Of a stretch of DNA of 64,000 nucleotides, positions 1 through 11,174 are shown one piece after another; the first letter of the stretch is position 1, and the number at the start of each line of letters is the position of its first letter. Made by a program: the position numbers and the translations under genes. Source of the stretch: a cyanobacterium endosymbiont of Rhopalodia gibba (lineage in GTDB: Bacteria > Cyanobacteriota > Cyanobacteriia > Cyanobacteriales > Microcystaceae); contig CP067995.1 of the NCBI GenBank assembly GCA_045159875.1, forward strand, positions 2,112,001-2,176,000. The letters run 5' to 3'. The notes under the pieces are model-generated. The model saw nothing but the letters and a program-made list of their open reading frames with translations, made no database searches and had not been told where the DNA came from.

Positions 1-134
1 TAGTCTAGTAACAGGAATGCTTATGCCTTTCTTGCTTAAAGATATAAAAATGCAGTAATTGTTCATATTGAGTTATTCGAATTCTATAGTGAATAGTTAA
101 TGACTATTCACTATAAAGTTTTGGTCGTTAATCT

Positions 135-1010
135 ATGAATCGATCTACCTCTATATCAGGACAAGTGAAGACCTTAAAAAGTCTGGTGTAAAAAATGAGT
201 TGCTGTGAACAAATAACATCCGAATGAGATGAGAATTAAAAGGTGATTGTTAAAAGGTTAAAAGGTGCAGTTGAGGAATTAGATAAGGAATAGTTAACTC
301 GTCTAGTTCTTAGAATTAAATAAGAATCAGTGACTGTATTACGCCATGGAGTTGGGGGTGGAATTGTTTATGGATTATTACGTTATCATCAATTAATTAA
401 ACCTCTAACTCCTCTCTTAGAAAAACGTATTCAATAAGCATTAGGAACTGCTCAATCAGGATTAAAAAGTCATAATGAGGATGTAGAATTGGTGACGATT
501 CAACCACCTGATAGTGTCGAAGTTCAACTAATTGGGATTTAGAAGAATTCTCCAGCTTTTACCATAACCCTGAAAAAGGAGTTAAACAGATGATAAAGAC
601 CTATTGTCGTCAAATTACGGAGGTTTTATCAGTTAATAACTCTACAATAATTAATTATTAAGAATAACAGCTATTTTAGTAGTTCATTTTCTTCATTTTA
701 AAAGATAGGTTGGATATCTTTAGCAACTCTTGACCAGATATTCAATGAAAAAATTTCACCACTGGAAATTGAAGGATTAGAGTTGATTAAAACCAGACAA
801 GATGAGCAAGTAGTTGGGTATGGTAATAGTTGTAGTCATTTAACAATGCCTTTAGATACTAAAGAAGTTGAAAATAGTATTTTTACTTTCGCATATCATG
901 AGTTTAAATATCGCTTTAGCCACGGGAAAATATTTAACGGCACTCGGAATGCCTCTGTAAACTTATTCTGTTAAACGATATGAAGATAGCATGTTTGTCC
1001 AAGTTTTTTT
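135..1010 (+). pseudogene. Decayed NifU-domain/Rieske fusion protein (Alr0692-like, uptake-hydrogenase accessory family)
   Basis: From ATG135 reads ...LKGAVEELDKE*LTRLVLRIK*ESVTVLRHGVGGGIVYGLLRYHQLIKP..LEKRIQ*ALGTAQSGLKSHNEDVELVTIQPPDSVEVQLIGI* (NifU-C like). After a frameshift a Rieske-like part follows (ORF 783-974, NSCSHL...TFAYH). At least 7 in-frame stops. Confidence 0.8.
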
Positions 1011-2609
1011 GGAGAAATGACACAAACTGTTCAGAGAACGGTTAGTTTGAACTTCTCTTATGTACAGTTAACTTTTTAGTAACAATTAATGTTTTAGTTT
1101 ATACTAAACTGATGATGTAGAGCCAACCAATAAGCTGTCAAGTTTAGAAGGTTTTGGGATTTAAAATTGATGTAATTTCTGAATCTATAAATCTTTTATT
1201 GAATAAACTTTAATTTATCATTAATCTCTTCTACTTTTTCATAATTTGTTCATCTCTAAAATAGACAATAATTCTTCTGAATATAAATAACGCTTAATTA
1301 TCTTCTATTTTCTTAGTAAGATGAATAAGCTTTGTGAAACCTATTTATGTAATTTTAATAATCCTGATACCTAGTTTATTCTTTTCAAGACATCTTCTAG
1401 TTTTTAGAATATCAGTGTATTTTAATTGTTTTCATTAAAAATAATTAAAATATTTTTTTGACTAGTATTTCCAAATTTTTAACTTTAAATTATTTTTTTC
1501 TAGTTATTTAATTAAGCCTAAACTCGTTTTATTAGATTAAATCTATCTGCGATTATTTTAGCCTGTAGCATTAATTTATTCGCAATTTTTTCATAAAAAT
1601 TTATAAAATATGTACTAATCTTTCCAATCTTTCTAAAGACTTTTTTTCTAAAGTCTCTAGTTATGTTATATCTTTTATCTATTACTGTTTTTATACTTTC
1701 TAGACTCACTTTTTAATTTAAATAAACTAACACTACAATAATAACTTACTTGTTATTTAATTAACGCAATTTTTATTAATCATTAACCGGTTTAATGTAT
1801 GAAGTTTTCCCCTATGTAAGTCTTGGACCAAATTCTTGCGGATTGTTTCTATTTATTGTTCACTTACTTCACTATTTTTGTCTATATTCTTTCCGTCACT
1901 GTTTAATACCTATTTAATAATATTCGTCTTGAACTGTTGTTTTAAATCTTTATTTAAAATTGTTAAATGTATGTTTTCTCTTTTAAAAAACAGCTGAGCT
2001 CTTCTTGTAATTTGTCTCCACATTGATTACACCTAATGTAACGGCAATTAATTTGGAGAGAGACGGCTTTCTCTGCCAGAGAAAATTTTCTAACAGTTAA
2101 TTCATGATCTTAATTTAGTTTTTTATGATTTAAATAACAATAAAAACTTGTATTTATTGTATTTATTTTTCTGATAAATTAAATTAGTTAAATCTTATTT
2201 AGGAGATTAATAGTAGATAATTATAAATACTTATAAATCTTTAATTTATTTACTATTAATAGTTAAATAATTAATAGTTTAAATACAAAATGGATAGTTT
2301 TTTTGCTCTCTAAAATATTTAATTCAAATAAATAATTTTTTCTATTAAACTATTTATGTTATGATTTTAATGGTAATACTATACAATTTTAATTGTATAA
2401 TAATTTTTATTGTATAATTATTTTTTTGATTTCTGAAAATGTATATTTTTATTTATTTTAAAATAGTTGATATTATCTTCTTGTATTTAATTCTTAAAAT
2501 CTTTAGATCAATAAATTAAATTAACTTTAGTCTAAAAAAATAGATAATATAGTTTTTATTTTTTTTCAGATAGTGATTAAAGTTAAAATTAATAATCTAT
2601 ACTTACGTT

Positions 2610-3365
2610 CTAATTCGAACGTATAAAATACAAAGACATCTGCAACTTCTCCGGTTTTATGATCAACCTTAGTAACTTAAAAATACATAGGACCTCTATC
2701 AATGATAGCTTACTTGATATTAACCGATTCTTTTTCATTAGTTGTTGCGGAAAAAGCAACCGTTTTATAATAACTAGTAGTTTACCTACGATCTTTAGGA
2801 TTAAGGAAAGTTGCCCCAAGATGGAAGGAAACTTTAAAAATACCTTTTAAATTATTTTTAAAACTGTTAATAGGAGTAAACTCAGACTCCATTGTATCTA
2901 CTAGATTCTTCATTGCAAAAAAGAAAAGAACTTGTTTATATTCAAGTCAATAAATAGTAATTTGGTTAAAAATCAATACCGTTTTCGATAAAAGCTATTA
3001 CACCATTCTCATGAACAGTGATTTCAATGGTGATTTATTCTAAATCAGTAGTCTCCTAGATTAGGAGCTTACTAGGAACAAAAAAAATTGTCTTGCAAAT
3101 GCAAGACAATTTTTTTAAATAAATATATTATTGAAGTTATAGATACAAATCTTCTACTACATAAGTTATTCCTACTGCGAGAATAATTTATCTCCGAGTA
3201 AATTTAGAAATCCGAGTGGATTTGTTAGCCAATCCCGTATTTAAAATTTCATCATAGGTAAAATTCTGAAGATTAACTAAATTTACAGGTCCATTGTTAC
3301 AAACCATTAACATCTCCAAACACAGTATCAGAAAGATAATCATTCAAGACATAAAGCCTTTCGTC
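2610..3365 (-). pseudogene. psbO: Photosystem II manganese-stabilising protein PsbO, heavily decayed
   Basis: Minus-strand translation gives IIFLILCLEMLMVCNNGPVNLVNLQNFTYDEILNTGLANKS..., EITVHENGVIAFIENGIDF, and FKVSFHLGATFLNPKDRR*TTSYYKTVAF...VTKVDHKTGEVADVF. These match PsbO motifs (LTYDEILNTGLANKC; FKVPSYRGATFLDPKGRG; VTKVD..TGEIAGVF). Many stops and frameshifts; ends approximate. Confidence 0.93.
3081..3116. repeat. Perfect 17-bp inverted repeat (2-nt loop) inside the psbO pseudogene
   Basis: aaaaaaattgtcttgca-aa-tgcaagacaattttttt. Confidence 0.9.
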
Positions 3366-3561
3366 CTACTTCGTTTTGTTCATCTAAAATTAAATTTTTT
3401 TTGTTCATATATGTTTTATTTTTCACTAAAAATAAAACATATGGCGTTTTAGATAAGTTACGTTAACGACATCGGAGTCGACTCTACTAAAAATTTGTAA
3501 CTACTCCTCTCCTCTTCCCTTTATCATGAAAATGATTGGGAAAAAGATTTAAGGAGCAACG

Positions 3562-3894
3562 ATGACGCAACCAGCAAAACCATATGAAGCAAACTATTTG
3601 GATAATCAACAACACAGTTTACTTTCCCAACGTTTTCAAGAAATGGTGGATATTGTCAAAACCTTAGGTTCTGATTGTAAAGGCAATACTTATGACTTGC
3701 TGTCTTTATTGCGCATTTTAGAAACTTTACACCGACAAATCCGATCAGACCTATTTGAACCTTCTTTGCCCAATACTCGTGAGAATTTATATGAAGTTCT
3801 AAAAGACATTGAAGAAACGGGAGGTTGGCCTTATATTGAACGGATGAAACTTCAAAAATTTCTTGAACATTGGCTCAACTCAAGCTCTTCCTGA
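3562..3894 (+). CDS. Conserved cyanobacterial hypothetical protein upstream of psb29
   Basis: 110-aa ORF, AAGGAG RBS, C-terminal motif LPNTR..LY..LKDIEETGGWPYIERMKL. Confidence 0.8.
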   Translation: MTQPAKPYEANYLDNQQHSLLSQRFQEMVDIVKTLGSDCKGNTYDLLSLLRILETLHRQIRSDLFEPSLPNTRENLYEVLKDIEETGGWPYIERMKLQKFLEHWLNSSSS

Positions 3895-4038
3895 ATTTTG
3901 AGAGATAGCGAGAGAAAGACTCTAAGATTAGCTCGTTGACTTCCACTGAATGACTTATTTTTCCTTGTCTTGGCAAAGAAGTCTTTACAAGGGACAATAG
4001 ATTGCAGTTACTATTTCAATTAAATTTAAGTCTCTTTT

Positions 4039-4776
4039 GTGGATAAAGTTCGTACTGTTTCGGATACCAAACGGGATTTCTACACCCATCACGCCCGACC
4101 CATAAACTCTGTTTACCGCCGTTTTATTGAAGAGTTGTTGGTAGAGATGCATCTGCTCTCGGTTAATGTAGATTTTTGTTACGATCCCATTTATGCTCTA
4201 GGAGTCGTTACTTCTTTTGAGCGTTTTGTTCAAGGATATCGACCTCAAAAAGATAAAGACTCTATTTTTTCAGCGTTGTGTTATTCAGTTGGAGGCAATG
4301 CTGAACAATATCGACAAGAAGCTCAAACCCTCTTAACTGATGTTAAAGGAATGTCGGTGTCAGATTTCATGGAGATTCTTAAAGCTGCTAGTTCACAAGT
4401 TCCTAAGGATGGAATATTCTGTGAAACTTTGCAAGGGATTGCTCAGAATTCTCGGTTTAAATATAGTCGCCTGTTTACGGTGGGTTTATATACTCTAATA
4501 ATGGAACTTGATTCTGATATAGTCGAAAATCAGGAGCAAAGTAACCAAATTTTTGGTAAAATAGCTGAAATAATTCATTTATCTTCAGACAAACTCCAAA
4601 AAGACTTAGATCTCTATCGTAGTAATCTTGATAAAATAGAACAGTTACTTGCTGTTATTGAAGACGCCCTCGAAGCAGAACGAAAAAAACAGAAAAAAGC
4701 AACACAACAAACACAGACAACTGATTCTTCCGTTAGTTCAAACAATGATTCTAAGGATGATTCGAATAACTTATAA
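4039..4776 (+). CDS. psb29: Psb29/Thf1 (FtsH-complex/thylakoid biogenesis factor)
   Basis: N-terminal RTVSDTKRDFY..HARPINSVYRRFIEELLVEMHLL, FKYSRLF.VGLY and KDLDLYRSNLDK motifs; intact 245 aa. Confidence 0.95.
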   Translation: MDKVRTVSDTKRDFYTHHARPINSVYRRFIEELLVEMHLLSVNVDFCYDPIYALGVVTSFERFVQGYRPQKDKDSIFSALCYSVGGNAEQYRQEAQTLLTDVKGMSVSDFMEILKAASSQVPKDGIFCETLQGIAQNSRFKYSRLFTVGLYTLIMELDSDIVENQEQSNQIFGKIAEIIHLSSDKLQKDLDLYRSNLDKIEQLLAVIEDALEAERKKQKKATQQTQTTDSSVSSNNDSKDDSNNL

Positions 4777-5408
4777 TGGATTTACGCAAAGGTTTAGCTG
4801 GGTTTAACTGAGAAAAAGGGAAAAGGGAAGAGTTTAGAGAATTTGATAATCTCATTATCATCAGATTATCGATATAAAACTATAATTATCAGTTTGGATT
4901 TTTTACTTTTTTCCAATCCCTAATTCTTGATCTATAATTCCCGCTAGGCTTTAAATTTTAAACAAATAAAAAAGATTAGCTTTCATTAAAGTTACTGACA
5001 TCTTTCTTCCCTTCTTGTCGTTACCCATTAATTAAATTACTAAATTAACCTAAATCTCCTATCCAATTAGGAAAGATCAATTAATATTTTTTAGGAATTT
5101 AGTCTATTTTTTGATAGTAATTTATAAGAGAGAATAATTCAGATAATACAAGAATAGATACTGTATTTGTAGTGGTCAGTTAAAATCATAGTCTCGACTT
5201 TAGGCGTTATGTAACCATTCTTACCAAGATTTATCTCCTATTGAGATGATTCTTAATAATCAGCAAACAATTGTTAAATTTGTTTTAAAAAAAGACAGAC
5301 TAAGCTGAAGCTGACCCTAGCTGACAGTCAACTTCATTACAATAAACAATGATTACGCGACAAGCCCAAAGACACAATATTTTGGGTCGAAGGGTGTGAG
5401 GAGATTAA

Positions 5409-6047
5409 TTGAAAATTTTATTACTCATGGATACCGCTCGAATTCCCCAGTTTAACAATTTGACTTATGGCTTACATCAATGGTTCCCCAAACTGGTTTC
5501 TGACAGTCAACTTTGGTTATTTTTTCTCATTCCCATTGTTGTAAGTCTTCCTTCGGTGAGTGTTTCCCAAAGTTTAGGAACTCTGCCCTCTCCCCCTCCT
5601 CTTCAAGTTCCTAAAAATGCAGTTTCTAATACTTTTACTGAACCAAGTACTGAATTTAGTAGTTTTATTCCGGTTGAGGTGGCTCCAACTAAACCTATGT
5701 CCCCTATGAGTGTCCGTGAATATACCTTTCAAGCCCCCAAAAGCCCTCCGTCTTCTGTCCTCGTCACCCCCGTTACTCCCATCACCCCTAGAAGCTCGGC
5801 TTCATCTTCCCAATTAAACAAGACTCCTAGTCTGTATCGGGTAGAGGTTGTTGGTAAAAATACATTAGTTTTATCTCAGGTTCAAACTGTGGAACCCCTC
5901 GCATTTATTCGTCAAAGTGAGGGGGTTATTCATGCAGGAATATTTAAGCAATCCCAACAAGCTCAAAAACGGGTTGTTGAATTGCAGCACAAAGGGTTAT
6001 CTGCAAGCGTCGTTCGAGTTTATGAAGGTAAAGAACGACGTAATTAG
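5409..6047 (+). CDS. Pro/Ser-rich membrane-anchored protein with C-terminal SPOR-like domain
   Basis: Hydrophobic segment, P/S-rich linker, C-terminal IHAGIFKQSQQAQKRVVELQHKGLSASVV; start uncertain. Confidence 0.65.
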   Translation: MKILLLMDTARIPQFNNLTYGLHQWFPKLVSDSQLWLFFLIPIVVSLPSVSVSQSLGTLPSPPPLQVPKNAVSNTFTEPSTEFSSFIPVEVAPTKPMSPMSVREYTFQAPKSPPSSVLVTPVTPITPRSSASSSQLNKTPSLYRVEVVGKNTLVLSQVQTVEPLAFIRQSEGVIHAGIFKQSQQAQKRVVELQHKGLSASVVRVYEGKERRN

Positions 6048-6088
6048 ATAGGCAAAAATTGTAAATCAGCAGTCAATGTGTTGTTAAA

Positions 6089-6134
6089 TTAGTCGTACTA
6101 GAGGTTAATGGTCATTGACCTCTAGTACGACTAA
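6089..6134. terminator. 22-bp hairpin (one G-T pair) downstream of 5409-6047, possibly a terminator
   Basis: ttagtcgtactagaggttaatg-gt-cattgacctctagtacgactaa. Confidence 0.55.
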
Positions 6135-6600
6135 CCGGGAGAAATATCACTGAAAAAAATTAAAATTTTAGTGGATTTTAGTTGATCTAAAAAATCAGAT
6201 AAACTTCAATAAAATGTATATCAACCCTAAATTTATCTGAGTTAATTTATTTGGTAAATATTTATTATACCTATCTATATAGATTGACCAAATTTAAATT
6301 GGAAGAGTCAAAATATATTATGTTTAATAATATCTTAATTCGTTATTAGTTGATTTATCGCCCTTACAATCAGTACTAAAACTTATTTATATAAGAAAAA
6401 AACTAAACCTATCCACAAAATAAACTAGCGTTCTAAATCATTTTAAATCTTGTTTAAATCCATAACTGATAAAGGAATAAACTACAGAGATTGTCACCCT
6501 GTCTTTAACAAAAATGTCTATGGTAGTTAGAAACTATCCATTAGCTAAAACCTGTAGAGGTCAAAAGCTGTTAACCGCTATTAACTTTTTCAAGGAAGGA

Positions 6601-7509
6601 TTATTGTTTCTCATCAATCTTGGCTAGCAATTTTATAGCTTCTTGACATAGAAGTTCATGACAGTGACCATTGCTAGCAATTAATCCTCCCCACTGTTTA
6701 ACATCCCTCTTGTTATAGGTTAAAGGTATGCCGTCAAAATTAGTGAATTTTCCTCCTGCTTCTATCAGAAGCAACTCAGGAGCAGCAAGGTCCCAGTCTT
6801 TGGGAGCAGATTTACCAGATAAAGAAACATAAACATCAGATTTTTGTTCAAGAATAGTAGAAATCTTTACCCCAACACTCCCTATATATTTACAATCTTT
6901 TAACGGTAAACTATTGATCAATTCCCGAAAACGATCGTCACGATGGGTTCGACTCACCACTAAGAATAAGTCCTCCATTTGATTTCGTCCTGAAACCCGA
7001 ATAGGTTTAACTGTTCCGTCAGGAGTTTCTACAAAAGTCCCCTGATGTTTCGCTGCAAAATATAGTTTTTCAGCTTCAGGAATGCCAACTACGGAAACAA
7101 CAGGATGACCTTTATAAACTAGGGCAATATGTAGGGCATATTCCCCAGTTTTATCAATAAAATCCCTAGTCCCGTCAAGAGGATCAATAATCCACACCCA
7201 GTCTTGACGAATAGGATCAGTTTCTTGGTAAGTTTCTTCGCTAAGATAACCAAAATTGTCAGTATCAAAAACTTCTTGTAATGTCTCTAAAATATAGTGG
7301 TTTGCAGCCAAATCAGCCGCAGTAACTGGTCCATCTTTTTTGTCTTCATTAACATCTAGATTTCCTTGATTGGCTTCTCCTCGGTAGTAAGAACGAAGGA
7401 TTTTAGCGGCTCCCCAACCAACAGAGCGAGCAACCTTCATAATCTCCTCTAAATTTTTTATCTGTGTAGTTTCCAAAATACCCTCAACTTTACTTTTTGT
7501 CATTTTCAA
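6601..7509 (-). CDS. cysQ: Inositol monophosphatase family / CysQ-like 3'(2'),5'-bisphosphate nucleotidase
   Basis: PVTAAD, LSEE, WIIDPLDGT and WDLAA motifs. Confidence 0.88.
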   Translation of the reverse strand: MKMTKSKVEGILETTQIKNLEEIMKVARSVGWGAAKILRSYYRGEANQGNLDVNEDKKDGPVTAADLAANHYILETLQEVFDTDNFGYLSEETYQETDPIRQDWVWIIDPLDGTRDFIDKTGEYALHIALVYKGHPVVSVVGIPEAEKLYFAAKHQGTFVETPDGTVKPIRVSGRNQMEDLFLVVSRTHRDDRFRELINSLPLKDCKYIGSVGVKISTILEQKSDVYVSLSGKSAPKDWDLAAPELLLIEAGGKFTNFDGIPLTYNKRDVKQWGGLIASNGHCHELLCQEAIKLLAKIDEKQ

Positions 7510-8014
7510 TTGTAGGAGGATGCCCTACGTGTCTTAAAAGTTTTTGAGTTTCTTGATAAAGAAAAAAATTTACCTGTTTTTTAAATAATTCCGCCGCCGT
7601 TTGCAGATCTCTAATAGCTCCAGATTTATTATTTAAGACTAGACAAACTTTAGCCCGTTCAAGGTATACTTCAGCCAATTCATTATCTAGACGTAAGGCA
7701 TAGTTAAAATCAGCGATTGCTTGGGAATAGTTGTTGATTTTAGTATAGGCAATGCCTCGATTGTAGTAGGCTTCTGCATCGTAAACATTAAGGCGAATCA
7801 CTTGAGTAAAATCTGCAATCGCCCCTTGATAATCCCCTTTGATACCTTTTTCCATACCTCGAATCAAGATTTCTTCAAGGTTATGAACATCATTGGACTG
7901 TTGACTCAAAAAATTAACTTCCTGGAAAGGACTATAAAAGACACTATGTCCTTGCATAAGGGGTAAAATAATCCAGATTCCAAGATAGTTAAGATAACAT
8001 AAGCTCATTATCAT
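7490..8014 (-). CDS. Tetratricopeptide repeat protein
   Basis: GDYQGAIADFTQVI...AYYNRGIAY...YSQAIADFNYAL TPR repeats after a hydrophobic N-terminus. Confidence 0.85.
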   Translation of the reverse strand: MIMSLCYLNYLGIWIILPLMQGHSVFYSPFQEVNFLSQQSNDVHNLEEILIRGMEKGIKGDYQGAIADFTQVIRLNVYDAEAYYNRGIAYTKINNYSQAIADFNYALRLDNELAEVYLERAKVCLVLNNKSGAIRDLQTAAELFKKQVNFFLYQETQKLLRHVGHPPTIENDKK

Positions 8015-9342
8015 CAGGGTATGAAAGAAAGACAGTTTTTATATTATGATGTTGAACACTTATGATCTGTAACACATCTGGGAATTCTTAGGGAGGATAG
8101 ACTGTTTAATCAAAATAAATTTTCTCTATGCGCCTCTTCAAGCATATTGAGTAATTTACCTAATCTCTTTTCATTTTTTAGTAGCTAACTGATCGAGTCA
8201 GACTACATTAATCTAATTTAAATGCAGCAAGTATTGATTCAATCTTGAAATCTAAATTGTCTGTTAATAATAGTCCTTGAACAAATTACCAGTCGCTCTA
8301 TTCTACCTGACTTAATGCGACAAAATTAAAACTTCATCAGAGGTAGGTTCTCTTTGATAGTAACCATGGTAAATTTTTGTGATATCAATGTCCAAAACAA
8401 TTTAGTAAAAGTGTTAGGAAACAATGTTCCTTGGCAACAGATGAACATTACTTAAGAGAATTACAATGAATTATCTAGTAACGTTATGAAACTATATAGA
8501 TAGCGATAAAATAAAAAAAAACTTAAATTTGGTTAAAAATATAAATAATTTGGTTGAAATTTATCATAGTATATATTTTTAAAGAAAATATAAATGAATC
8601 AATAAACCTTGATATTTAAGAAAAATTTGACCGCTGTTTAAATAATTCTATAAATTAATGAAATTTTTAATTAAGTCATTTTGAAAAAATTAACCTCACT
8701 AGAGATTGAACCTAACAAACAAAAGTTTGTCATCAGTCACCGTTAAAAGCCAGAAGAGAACCAAAAATAACTATAGCATGACGCAAAAACAATGGAATAG
8801 CTTTTAAAGGCAACATCTATACATTCTCTAACTATTTCCAATTCATGTGAAGGATTTCTTCTATTGAGAAAAGTTAATAAATAATTGGGCATTTAATCCT
8901 TTTTAGACAAGGCCTTAACTTTTTGTAAAGTATATTTTGAGGAAATTGTAAGGTCTATCAACGCAACATAAGAGATAAAATAAATAACGGTGGACTTTAA
9001 TAGAAAAAAAGATAAATCACTGAAAACCTGTAGTTTCCCAAAACTATCCTAGTAAATGTTTTTTCTGCAGACATTTTTAAAAAATATTGTATCTTCTTCT
9101 CAAGCAAGCCTATTTCTTAGTTTTTCTAGTGAAAGAGGTATCACATTCTTCCATTTAGCCAATAAAAAAGTGTTGACCAAAATATATCTATAAGAAACCG
9201 CAGATGATTACAGGTTTCTGAGAGCAACTTGTGTCTCCGGCTACAGATTACAAGATTTATCTTAAAATTTGTAACAATAATTCTATCTCCTTCAGCATTA
9301 GCGGTGTTAAACTTACGTTTGCTGTGAATTTGAGAAGAAAAA

Positions 9343-9738
9343 ATGGACTTGGAATATCCTGATGATCTAAGATACTTAGATTCCCATGAATACATTCGTT
9401 TAGATGGGGAAATCGCTACTATTGGCATTAGTGCTTATGCGCTCGAACAACTTGGGGATATAGTGTTTTTGGAATTACCTGAAGTAGGAGATTCCATAGA
9501 GATTGGGGAAGTTTTTGGGGCAATTGAATCAGTCAAAGCTGCTGAGGATCTCTATCCTCCCGTATCAGGTACTGTAGTAGATCGCAATGAACAGATGCTT
9601 GAAACTCCTGAACAGATCGCTGATGACCCGTACGGAGATGGGTGGTTACTCAAAGTTCGGGTTGAAAACCTTGATGATCACTTGGAGAATACTTTATCCG
9701 CTAGTGAATATCAAGCTCAAGTGGAAGGAGAAGAATAA
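9343..9738 (+). CDS. gcvH: Glycine cleavage system H protein
   Basis: YLDSHEY, GISAYA..LGDIVF, lipoyl motif IESVKAA, DPYGDGW. Confidence 0.97.
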   Translation: MDLEYPDDLRYLDSHEYIRLDGEIATIGISAYALEQLGDIVFLELPEVGDSIEIGEVFGAIESVKAAEDLYPPVSGTVVDRNEQMLETPEQIADDPYGDGWLLKVRVENLDDHLENTLSASEYQAQVEGEE

Positions 9739-9778
9739 CATTATTGATATGTTACTTTGCCATAAATGAACCAAAATA

Positions 9779-9806
9779 AAGGTGTTCCCGTCACAGAGAA
9801 CACCTT
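9779..9806. terminator. Hairpin after gcvH
   Basis: aaggtgttc-N10-gaacacctt. Confidence 0.5.
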
Positions 9807-9835
9807 AAAATTAACTATAGTTAAAATATTTGTTA

Positions 9836-10863
9836 TAAATAAATAGTCGGAGCTGTCAAAGCTGCGTGTATTTGTGAGCGTTACGTTTGTATATTATTTT
9901 CATTATTCCAATTTCCGCATGGTTTAAGACATCAGTTTAGATACTAATCGTACGATTTTAAGAAGATAATACTGATTAGTCGAAATTAAACCTATTTAAG
10001 GTTAAAAGGTATTATGTTGGCTTTCATTGTTGTTAACCAGATTCTAATGACAAACTAGGTCACTAAAAAAAGTATAAACTACAGCTATCATTACAATATA
10101 CATATTGAAAGATTAAATGGACGAAATAACAGTTAACAGTCATAATATTATAGTTTTCTTTTTTTTATTCGAACTTATAACTATAGTTATGAGATTCGAT
10201 ATGGCAGAAAATAGTGCACAACTAAATACACCGACAACCATCAACATATAAAATTGGTGTAGGTGTATCAAGATATTGTATTCTGCTTCAAAAAGAACCA
10301 TGAAATTAAAAGTTTCACTAATTCCTAAGAGGATTTGATCAAAGAGCAATCCTTTTAGGAATTAGGATAGACGAGGAAGACAGTGGTTGTCGTAGATATA
10401 AGTGATAAAAATTCAAGGAGCTATTCCTAAATAGTTAATAGAGTTCTTATTCTTTTCCCATTTAACAGAAAATCTTAATCTGAAAATGGAAAATTACTAA
10501 CGGACAGGGATTTCCCTTGTACAACGACTCATCAAGGAAGGTTGTTTACTAAATAGGATGAAAGTGCAATCTAATAGTGTTAGATGAAGGGATAACGACT
10601 CCATAAGCAATATGATTTCTATCAAGGAGAAACCCCGCTATAGTTTTGCCTATATTATAAATATCTACAGTCGAAGGGAGAGTGTTTTAGCGGAGGAAAA
10701 TCGCAATAAAATCAATAATAAAACAAATAGTTACAGTGGACATGGTGAGAATAAGAACAACACCAAACCCACCGACATATAAACAGTTATTAATACTGGT
10801 CACCCACTCGCAAAACTGTTTCCCTAGAGAAAGATCTTCTCGAGTTTGTAAAGTTGTTGTTGT
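9836..10863 (-). pseudogene. psbA: Photosystem II D1 protein, heavily decayed
   Basis: Minus strand reads [90 protein letters not shown] (ORF 10140-10349); HLIFQY; KRNAHK. Collinear with D1, with many stops and indels. Confidence 0.95.
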
Positions 10864-11174
10864 AGGAAAATAATTACTAGATCACAACATTCAAAGTCAG
10901 TAATGTAGCAATGACTACGTTGTCTGAATCTATAGTCTAAGTGGATTTATTTCTTTAGTCCATAATCCACCATGGCCACTTTTTTTATAAGAGAAATAAT
11001 TTTTTAAAGATCATGTTCTTTATTACAACTTCAATAAGTGAAAACAGTTTATTAAATTTTAAAATTTAAAATTTAACCATATTTACTTCTATTTTATTAG
11101 ACATCAAGGTGATTTTCATCGAAAAACTACTTTCTAATATAGAGTTTATAAACTGTTATTTGATTTTACTTCTG

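Noticed and set aside
1518..1709. 63-aa minus-strand ORF
   Set aside because: AT-rich, K/I/F-biased, no recognisable motif; likely chance or an unrecognisable remnant.
2610..2850. ORFs 2610-2819 (-) and 2659-2850 (+)
   Set aside because: Off-frame or antisense readings of the psbO pseudogene.
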